The position numbers and the translations under genes are program-made. The notes below the pieces were generated by a model. That model was not told where the DNA came from, ran no database searches, and was given only the letters and a program-made list of their open reading frames with translations. A stretch of DNA of 20,000 bases, taken from sequence record SRR20825019_235. The stretch is one strand, 5' to 3'. How positions within the stretch are numbered: the stretch's first letter is position 1; every line of letters begins with the position of its first letter. Shown here piece after piece: positions 7,649 through 14,829 of the stretch.

Positions 7649-8857
7649 ATGTGTACACGCGTTTTTAATAGCCCCCAAACGGAGCTTGAACCAAATCAAG
7701 AAGGATTTAAAGTTGAATTTGACAAAATCGTTAATGATTCTATTTTAGTTACTGGTCGAAATATGGACTGGAAGTGCCCAATGGATATGGATTTTTACAT
7801 TACTCTTAACGATCAAGAGAGAGTTGGACTTACAGATCTTGAATATGCTTCAGCTAGCAAAGCATTATCGGAAAGTCAATTTAAAAAATTCAAATGGAAA
7901 TCGAAATACCGTAGCGTTGTTGCTGTAGTGGGGAGCGTAGGTAGTTCTGACGGGATTAATACTGAAGGATTAGTAGCGAATTTACTGTATCAGTCGGATT
8001 GTCATTTCCCAGAAGGTGCTGAATTAATTGGCACTTCAGGACTAAGTGTTCTATCATGGGCGCAGTATGTTCTTGATTGCTTTGGATCTGTTAAAGAGGT
8101 TGTAAATCACTTTCAATCTAATCCTAAAATCTCAATCATTGGAGCATTGGTTCCAGGTAAAGAAGGAGAGGAATCTAAAGCGCTGCTGCACTTATCCGTT
8201 TCGGATAAATATGGTGATTCGGCTATTTTAGAAGTTGGAAAAGATGGATACAGCATTTATCACAATCCTACGTATAGAGTAATGACGAATGAACCCGTTT
8301 ATAAAAAGCAATTGCTGATTGATGAGTATTGGACATGGCAATGGTCAGAAGAAAATCCATACAAGAGCCAAACGTTGCCTGGGACACCATTTCCAGCGGA
8401 TCGTTTTGCCAAAGCAAGTTATTACATTGAACGAGCGAGACCATTTACTGTTGAAAATCCAACTGAGAGCGATGCTCAAAATCAAAAGTTACGTGAAAAT
8501 GGAGAAGTTGCACAAATGTTTTCGATCATGAGTAATTCATCAGTTCCTCTTGGGTTTGATAAAAATCGATTGCTCGTTGATAAGTCTAAATCTGTGGAAA
8601 GTCCAAATATTTCTCCAACGATCTGGACCACGGTTTCTGCGCATAAATCATTGGTCTACTATTTTCGAGATACAACAAGCCCAACGGTTTTATGGATCGA
8701 CTTAAGCGCTATTGTTGGAAAACCGATCGAATCATCTATTGGTTACCTGAGATTGAAGAAAACCTTGTCAAATTTCTCTAATTACCTTGGGGAAGTGAGC
8801 CCTAGTGATTTTGAAGAGGTTCATCATCTACCGTTTTTAGCTCCAAATACTCATTAG
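7649..8857 (+). CDS. Linear amide C-N hydrolase (Ntn hydrolase, choloylglycine hydrolase / penicillin V acylase family)
   Basis: N-terminal nucleophile M-C-T-R, TGRNMDW, DGINTEGL, LHLSVSDKYGDSAILE, VMTNEP, LPG...DRF, PTIWTTV. No signal peptide. Confidence 0.92.
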   Translation: MCTRVFNSPQTELEPNQEGFKVEFDKIVNDSILVTGRNMDWKCPMDMDFYITLNDQERVGLTDLEYASASKALSESQFKKFKWKSKYRSVVAVVGSVGSSDGINTEGLVANLLYQSDCHFPEGAELIGTSGLSVLSWAQYVLDCFGSVKEVVNHFQSNPKISIIGALVPGKEGEESKALLHLSVSDKYGDSAILEVGKDGYSIYHNPTYRVMTNEPVYKKQLLIDEYWTWQWSEENPYKSQTLPGTPFPADRFAKASYYIERARPFTVENPTESDAQNQKLRENGEVAQMFSIMSNSSVPLGFDKNRLLVDKSKSVESPNISPTIWTTVSAHKSLVYYFRDTTSPTVLWIDLSAIVGKPIESSIGYLRLKKTLSNFSNYLGEVSPSDFEEVHHLPFLAPNTH

Positions 8858-8879
8858 TTTTAATCATGTTGAAATTAGC

Positions 8880-8887
8880 TATGTTTG
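8880..8887 (+). promoter_or_regulatory. Bacteroidota -7 promoter element (TATGTTTG)
   Basis: Exact TAnnTTTG ending 13 nt before the kinase ATG. Confidence 0.6.
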
Positions 8888-8900
8888 CACTTCTTGTACT

Positions 8901-11000
8901 ATGAAGGCACTTTTATCCTTGTTTTTTGTTATTAATGGATTTTGTGCTTGGACGCAGATCTCCAAAGAGTTGCAACGAACAATTGATTCGCTTTTGGAAG
9001 TTGCGCATAATGTAAAATTGCCAGCTGATGATCGCGCAAGTGCCTACAATCGAATTGTCTGGAAATGCGCATACCAAGATTACAATATAGGTTTGAAATT
9101 CAGTTCCGAATATCAAGCGTTCGCCTCTAAAAATAAATTGGTTGAGCGGGAGATTTCGGCGCTGCATTTTTTGGGCTACACTCAGTTAATGTTAGGTAAA
9201 ACGGAGGAAGCTAAGAAAAGTCATCAAAAGGGACTAGAGCTTTGTTTGAAGAGTAAAAACATGGCGAAAGTTGCCGAAGCGTATGCTGATTTAGGGAACT
9301 TGTACTATAGCATAGGTGATACAAAAGGTGCGTTGGAGTTTCATCAGAAGTGCTTAAAAATAGCGGAGAAAAATGGATTTAAACTCAACGAGACAAGATC
9401 GCACATAAATATTGGAGAAATATACGAAGCGCAAGGTAGGTATCGTCGCGGTCTTGAGAGCTTTCAAAAAGCAAAATCACTTGCTGAAGAGTACCGGTAT
9501 ACGGCATTCTATTCCGCCATTTTCGAGCATTTAGGAGATGTAAATATGAACATCGATGAATATGAGATTGCTCAAAAATATTATAGGTTATCATTGACGA
9601 AAGCAATTAGATATGAGAATAAAAACCGAAGAATTCGTGCTAGTAAAAAGATAGGGGAGTTCCACGAAAAACAAGGTCACCTAGATAGTGCTTCAATATA
9701 CTACAATCGAGCGTTGACTCTCAGTATAAAAAACAATGTTCCCTCCCAGCAGGCTTCAATTCGATCGAACATTGCTGGCGTTTTGTTTGCTCAAGGAAAT
9801 CTTGAATCCGCCCAAGCTACAATAAATCAATCCCTGAGTGATTACACACAATACAACGTTCAAGAGGGGATGGATGAAGCTTTTTTAATTGCAGGGAAAA
9901 TCTATTTTGAAGTTGGACAGTACTCAAAAAGCGAGCGTTACTTCAAAAACTGCTACGAATTGGCGCTGAAATCTAAAAAACTAGCCACGCTGAAAGGAAC
10001 GACTTTTGGACTTTATCAGTTATATAAGAAAGCAGGAAAGTCGAATTTGGCATTGCGGTATTATGAAGAATTTGATTCTTTTAATAATCGTTTAAGAGGA
10101 GAAGAGGAAATTAAAGAGGTCCTTAAAATGGAAATTGCTGCGGATTTTAAGAATCGGGCCATTTCCGATAGTCTCGAACAGTTGCGTAAGTTTGAGAAAA
10201 TGGACTTTGAACATCAACGATCCGAAGCTAAATCGAAGTTCAATTTTTACCTTTCTCTCAGTGGAATTGCCCTTCTTTCATTGGCGTTGCTATTTACAGC
10301 CTTCATTTTAGTTCAAAAACGAAAAAGTACACACTTGCTTAATCTGAGTAATGAAACAATCACACAAGCGTTGAAAGACAAAGAAGTTCTGTTGAAAGAG
10401 GTACATCACCGTGTGAAAAACAACATGCAAGTCGTTTCATCACTTTTGTATTTGAAATCGAAAAATATGCCGAATGAAATCGCAAGGGAAGCAATTTTAG
10501 ATAGCAAAAAGCGCATTGATTCGATGCAACTTTCTCACCAGCGAATGTATCAGAACGGAAACTATGAGCAAATTGACATTGTTGGATATTCTAAAGATAT
10601 TTTTCAAGTACTTCTCGATCCAATTCAAGGAGAGTCGGATAGTTTTGAAGTAAAAGGCGAGGCACAAATGATACATGTTGAACAGTCCCAAACATTGGGG
10701 TATATCATACATGAATTTTTAGTGAATAGTATTAAGCACGCTTGGACTGATGATAAACCGAAACACGTGGAATTGTCGATTGAACGAAGAGGTGAAACAA
10801 TTCGCTTGACGTATCAAGACAATGGCAAAGGCCTGCCCAAAAGCTTTGATATCAGCACGACAAAAACATTTGGGATGATGGTCGTGAATTCCTTGGTAAA
10901 TAGACAACTCAACGGTTCGATTCACATTAATTCTATAAATGGAGTGAACATTGTTGTTGAATTTGAGGCACGACCATACGAATTTGAAGACTTCACTTAA
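8901..11000 (+). CDS. TPR-repeat sensor histidine kinase (HisKA_2 type)
   Basis: Signal peptide, multiple TPRs (e.g. AYADLGNLYYSIGDTKGALEFHQKCLKI), one TM helix, H-box KEVHHRVKNNMQVVSSLL, N-box HEFLVNSIKHA, DNGKG and TFGM. Confidence 0.94.
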   Translation: MKALLSLFFVINGFCAWTQISKELQRTIDSLLEVAHNVKLPADDRASAYNRIVWKCAYQDYNIGLKFSSEYQAFASKNKLVEREISALHFLGYTQLMLGKTEEAKKSHQKGLELCLKSKNMAKVAEAYADLGNLYYSIGDTKGALEFHQKCLKIAEKNGFKLNETRSHINIGEIYEAQGRYRRGLESFQKAKSLAEEYRYTAFYSAIFEHLGDVNMNIDEYEIAQKYYRLSLTKAIRYENKNRRIRASKKIGEFHEKQGHLDSASIYYNRALTLSIKNNVPSQQASIRSNIAGVLFAQGNLESAQATINQSLSDYTQYNVQEGMDEAFLIAGKIYFEVGQYSKSERYFKNCYELALKSKKLATLKGTTFGLYQLYKKAGKSNLALRYYEEFDSFNNRLRGEEEIKEVLKMEIAADFKNRAISDSLEQLRKFEKMDFEHQRSEAKSKFNFYLSLSGIALLSLALLFTAFILVQKRKSTHLLNLSNETITQALKDKEVLLKEVHHRVKNNMQVVSSLLYLKSKNMPNEIAREAILDSKKRIDSMQLSHQRMYQNGNYEQIDIVGYSKDIFQVLLDPIQGESDSFEVKGEAQMIHVEQSQTLGYIIHEFLVNSIKHAWTDDKPKHVELSIERRGETIRLTYQDNGKGLPKSFDISTTKTFGMMVVNSLVNRQLNGSIHINSINGVNIVVEFEARPYEFEDFT

Positions 11001-11026
11001 TTTCTCACGTAACATACCGTGTTGAC

Positions 11027-11323
11027 TCAGCCAAAGATCCAAACGTAGATTAAGAAAAGGAGCATAAAGACAACTGAAACGGCGATAACGTATGTAATAA
11101 CGACTTTCTTTCTCTGCTTAGTGAACACTTTTTTAATTCGAATTCGTTCTTCTCTAATCTGGGATTGAGTCAAGTGAGAAAAATCCAGTTTTTGAGAGCT
11201 GTCGCTATCCACAATCCCTTTGTCGCTGTGATTTCCTTTGAACTTTTCACGCCTCGCAGCCTTTTGAGCTCGATCTTTTCGATTTGTATCAGAAGCATGT
11301 TGCATAAATCCACCACCACCCAT
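11027..11323 (-). CDS. Small basic protein with C-terminal TM anchor, unknown function
   Basis: 98 aa, MGGGGFMQHA start, Arg/Lys-rich body, terminal hydrophobic helix; promoter match upstream. Confidence 0.75.
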   Translation of the reverse strand: MGGGGFMQHASDTNRKDRAQKAARREKFKGNHSDKGIVDSDSSQKLDFSHLTQSQIREERIRIKKVFTKQRKKVVITYVIAVSVVFMLLFLIYVWIFG

Positions 11324-11424
11324 GATTATTTTCCTTTAGTGTTTGGTGAAACTAAGGTTGTTCTCTTATTTACTCGACTCACGGATTTATTTTTTGTCAA
11401 AGGTCTGCTCTTGACATTCGTTCA

Positions 11425-11432
11425 CAAATTTA
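11425..11432 (-). promoter_or_regulatory. Bacteroidota -7 promoter element (TAAATTTG)
   Basis: CAAATTTA on the + strand is an exact TAnnTTTG on the - strand, upstream of 11323. Confidence 0.55.
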
Positions 11433-11489
11433 CAAAAGGAATCTTTTCCAAGAACAGATAGTTAGGTCGAATTTTTATTGCCCCTCAGA

Positions 11490-12167
11490 TTATGAAATGC
11501 TTCCAGAGCGAATTAGCCACTGTGCTTGTCCTCCTAATTGATCATCTTGCGTCATGTCTTTGTCAATTTGAATTCCATTTACAGTGCTGTTCAAATCATA
11601 TTGAACGAGTTGATATCCGCGGGTCATAACATCGGGAACATTACTGCCAGATTTCCAATAGTGACTGAATTTTAATGACTGATATAATTGAGTTGAGTTT
11701 AATATACACGAAGCACCGATATATATTCCCGGAGCGAAACCTGCCTTGGATACCGCGTCATACCAGTTGTTGCAATAATTGATCACGGTTTGTGCCGAAG
11801 TGCCAGCAGCTACTCCTTCTAAGTCGCACCAAATGTTAACTCCAGGCGGAATCCCAATTTCTGTTGCAAATTTCGCGGCATTCGTTCCGTATTCCGTTCC
11901 TAGAGAGGCAGAAGGCGTCCATCCCCAAGCGGCGACATGTTGCACTACCATTAGCGCCAATCCCGAATCTAAAATAGCATTTGCTTCTTCAGTTGTAAGG
12001 TCAAAACTGGCCATCGTTGTTCTTCCTACATAGCGCACGCAGAATTGATATCCGTCCGCGAAAAATGCTTTTGCGTTAGCCGAAGTAATAACCGTATTTG
12101 AATCGAAACCCATTGATTTCGGTGGAGCAGAGGCTACTTCCCCTGCAAGTAGATTTGTTGATGCCAT
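11490..12167 (-). CDS. DUF1906 / GH25-like glycoside hydrolase (Rv2525c-like, putative peptidoglycan hydrolase)
   Basis: GFDS, GYQFCVRYV, LTTEEANAILDSGLALMVVQ, IWCDLEG (DxE), GFAPGIYIG, LVQY...IDKD pattern. No signal peptide. Confidence 0.82.
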   Translation of the reverse strand: MASTNLLAGEVASAPPKSMGFDSNTVITSANAKAFFADGYQFCVRYVGRTTMASFDLTTEEANAILDSGLALMVVQHVAAWGWTPSASLGTEYGTNAAKFATEIGIPPGVNIWCDLEGVAAGTSAQTVINYCNNWYDAVSKAGFAPGIYIGASCILNSTQLYQSLKFSHYWKSGSNVPDVMTRGYQLVQYDLNSTVNGIQIDKDMTQDDQLGGQAQWLIRSGSIS

Positions 12168-12199
12168 AGTGGTTGTTTTGTCATGTTGAACATTAAAAA

Positions 12200-12246
12200 C
12201 AAATGTAGCGATAAGCTCTTAGTGAAATGTAGGTGAATATACCCGA
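12200..12246 (-). promoter_or_regulatory. -7 element TACATTTG with upstream imperfect palindrome
   Basis: CAAATGTA at 12200-12207 (exact TAnnTTTG on -). TAGGTGAATATACCCG at 12230-12245 occupies roughly the -33 to -45 zone. Confidence 0.55.
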
Positions 12247-12314
12247 ATTGAGATCGACACTTTCAATTTATCAGCCATATCTTAAGTGAAATCAATACTT
12301 CAGATAAGGTTCGT

Positions 12315-13025
12315 TTAGTTATTCGGTGAAATATACGTTGGGCTTTTCTTCATAGAACCCACATCATCAAAATTTCTATCGAATGTCCATTTTTGACCAC
12401 CATAAATTTCAAAAACTACATTTCCATTTTCCAAGACAAGGGGCGGGTTGACATATCCAAAGAAATCTGTTCCTGGAATCTCAGTTAATCTAATTCTTTT
12501 CGATTTTTTCGTATCTAATTCATAGCGATAAGCGCATAAATCGCTGTTATCGGAAAACCCCCAATAGAAGAGTGTATTTTCATCAACACAAAACGCCGAA
12601 AAATAAGGATCAAAACCTACTGGACTTAGCGGGATATGAGAACTTCCATTGTACATAATCAAATCGGTCAGTTCCCCATGGTAGTAATTCGGATCTGAAT
12701 CGGCAAACTCTTCTTCAAATTCTCCTTTAGTTCTTCGTGCACGTGTATAAATCAAGCTATCTTTCCCATAAATAAATGCGCCTGAATAAGTAAACATCGT
12801 GTCGATGGGAACAGAATAATCGTAAACAATTTGGTATGTTCCGTTAGCTACGGTAAAATCAATCGCTTCTTCTTGAGAGAAGGTATAGCGCGTGCGATTA
12901 TCAACGGATAGTTTTGTTTCATTGGAATCATTTTCGCTACAGGAGAATAAAAGAAATCCAAGTAGTGAAGCGGAAACGGCTTTTTTGAATAGAGAAGTTC
13001 GGAAGGTTTGATTTCTTTTTGCCAT
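12315..13025 (-). CDS. Hypothetical lipoprotein
   Basis: Basic N-terminus, hydrophobic stretch, lipobox LFSC followed by acidic SENDSNE; beta-rich mature region. Confidence 0.75.
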   Translation of the reverse strand: MAKRNQTFRTSLFKKAVSASLLGFLLFSCSENDSNETKLSVDNRTRYTFSQEEAIDFTVANGTYQIVYDYSVPIDTMFTYSGAFIYGKDSLIYTRARRTKGEFEEEFADSDPNYYHGELTDLIMYNGSSHIPLSPVGFDPYFSAFCVDENTLFYWGFSDNSDLCAYRYELDTKKSKRIRLTEIPGTDFFGYVNPPLVLENGNVVFEIYGGQKWTFDRNFDDVGSMKKSPTYISPNN

Positions 13026-13092
13026 TCGTTAAGAGGAATATGTTTTTTATGAGAATTCAAATTCGTAATTGAATGATGAATATAAAAAAATG

Positions 13093-13146
13093 ATTGTGTA
13101 ATAATGTGTAAATCGAAAGATCGACTCTTATGCGTTGGTAGACAAT
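13093..13146 (+). repeat. 54-bp imperfect inverted repeat (degenerate attC-like or antisense terminator)
   Basis: ATTGTGTAATAATGTGTAA pairs with TTATGCGTTGGTAGACAAT (two mismatches, four G-T pairs) around an inner TCGA-AAGA-TCGA hairpin. It begins 3 nt after the stop of the 13150 gene. Confidence 0.45.
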
Positions 13147-13149
13147 TGT

Positions 13150-13521
13150 TTAAAAATCGGAATGTTTTTTTTCTTTGTACGCTCTTCCTCTTAGAAACAC
13201 ATAAATTCCATAGGCCAAAAAAAGACTTCCCATGGTAATTAGAAACGGATCGACTTTTCTAAAATAAATAAGCGGCGCTAGGACAAAGAGCGCGCCAAGT
13301 GTTATGTAGAGTAATCCTGAACTTGTCCAATTACTTCGAGTATCGTTAATTACTTTTTTGTTATGTTGGATTACTCGATTGATCATTTTTACTTCTTCTG
13401 AACAATTCCCCTTGCAGGCAATTCCATCACCCGTATCGTTTAGGCAATTTTGACAAATTCCTTTGTGGCAGTGTTTACAAATACCTAAAGCTGGCTGTTC
13501 TTGGTGATTATAGCAGTTCAT
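13150..13521 (-). CDS. B-box-like zinc-finger membrane protein
   Basis: CYNH-x8-CKHC-x4-CQNC-x9-CKGNC followed by two C-terminal TM helices. Confidence 0.8.
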   Translation of the reverse strand: MNCYNHQEQPALGICKHCHKGICQNCLNDTGDGIACKGNCSEEVKMINRVIQHNKKVINDTRSNWTSSGLLYITLGALFVLAPLIYFRKVDPFLITMGSLFLAYGIYVFLRGRAYKEKKHSDF

Positions 13522-13605
13522 AGCGTCTACTGATTTCTTTGGTTTGTTAAAATAGCGTTGGTTGCTATTCGACTAAAATAGCAAATAAGTTAAATGATTT
13601 GGAAT

Positions 13606-14265
13606 CTATTTATCTTTGACAAAAATCTCGCTGATATTACCATCTACCGAGATTTTTACTCTAGCAGAATGCTTTTCCGCTAGGTGATCGGTAGGGAACC
13701 ATTTTCTGTTCGTTTCCACAATTATGAACAATCCATGATCATCTCCCAAGGATGCGAATTTCTCACTTCTAGCGCCCTTTTCGAAGTAGAATAGGTGATT
13801 GTCATTAATGAGTTTTTCCGCAAGTGTTATCGGCTCGTCCGTCACGATACCTATTTCGCTGATCGATTCGATGGAAGAAATGTCAAATGGTTTCTCGGAT
13901 GAATTATCGAGATCAAAGCGTGCGATAAATTCTAAAATATTGTCGTTGTTATCGTAGAAATAAATGGCTTTGGCATTCCAACTTTCAAAGTGCGCAATTA
14001 TTTCTGTGTTTTCTTTTTTCAATAATTCAAGTCTTGAACTCGCCCAAGTCATTGACTCTTCCAGTTGATTATTGGGAATGTTGAATGCAAAATGATACTT
14101 CGGATTCAAGTTCGTTGATTCGACGAAAGTTAAGGTCGAACTACCAGCGGAAAACGAAACGAAGTTAGTTCCTCTATTCGTGATTCGAAGACCCAAAACT
14201 TCAGTATAGAATATTTCCGTTTTGGTAAGATCATCGGTTTGTAGTTCTATTTCTAAAATGTTCAT
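13606..14265 (-). CDS. VOC / glyoxalase superfamily protein
   Basis: FYTEVLGL, YHFAFNIP, AIYFYDNNDNILEFIAR, ISEIGIV, GDDHGLFI. Confidence 0.9.
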   Translation of the reverse strand: MNILEIELQTDDLTKTEIFYTEVLGLRITNRGTNFVSFSAGSSTLTFVESTNLNPKYHFAFNIPNNQLEESMTWASSRLELLKKENTEIIAHFESWNAKAIYFYDNNDNILEFIARFDLDNSSEKPFDISSIESISEIGIVTDEPITLAEKLINDNHLFYFEKGARSEKFASLGDDHGLFIIVETNRKWFPTDHLAEKHSARVKISVDGNISEIFVKDK

Positions 14266-14297
14266 TTTGTGTAAACTTCTTTTTGAATTTATTATGT

Positions 14298-14804
14298 TTA
14301 ATTGGTGTTCAATAGCTGCTCTACAATAATACTATCTCGATCTATTCGTGAATAGTAAGTATCACATGCTGTTTCTGTATAGATCACATCGTAGTTATTC
14401 ATTCTAAAGCTTGAAAAACCGCTTGCGGTTAGCGGACATTCCTCGTAGCCAAAGAGCTGGACTTCATTTAATTTATCACCAGTTGAATTATATACTTCTA
14501 AGATCGGAAGGCGAATGTCCGCTGGATAAGAGTAGATAATTAGATGTTTCCCCTCTTTGGATTGCAATTTACCAATAAGCGCAGCGCCTTCAGGGATGAA
14601 GTTACTTTGAATGTCGGAATGCTTTATTTCATCAGAAGTAGTTAGTTTGAACGGCAGCGGAATGAATGGAATACTATCGACGAATTGCTCGAAAGGCGTT
14701 TTTGCATTTTTAGATGTCTTGAATGGAATGGATTCATCCATGCATGAGATGAGTATTATGAGAACTGAACAAGAGATTGACAATATGGAGGCGAGAGTTT
14801 TCAT
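14298..14804 (-). CDS. Hypothetical lipoprotein
   Basis: Hydrophobic signal with lipobox LISC; no recognisable domain. Confidence 0.7.
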   Translation of the reverse strand: MKTLASILSISCSVLIILISCMDESIPFKTSKNAKTPFEQFVDSIPFIPLPFKLTTSDEIKHSDIQSNFIPEGAALIGKLQSKEGKHLIIYSYPADIRLPILEVYNSTGDKLNEVQLFGYEECPLTASGFSSFRMNNYDVIYTETACDTYYSRIDRDSIIVEQLLNTN

Positions 14805-14829
14805 TATGACCTTAAGATTGTGAATCCAG

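Noticed and set aside
7649-8857. Assigning the gene symbol bsh or pva
   Set aside because: The family is clear but the substrate cannot be determined from motifs alone.
6096-12167. Prophage remnant (tail-like domain plus lysin-like DUF1906)
   Set aside because: The fibre has a Sec signal and a T9SS neighbour, the two genes are on opposite strands 4 kb apart, and there are no capsid, terminase, holin or integrase genes.
13550-13568. Second attC-like site (GCGTTGGTTGCTATT resembles 13132)
   Set aside because: It is only a short local hairpin (AATAGC/GCTATT) at a likely transcript 5' end, with no long paired arm.
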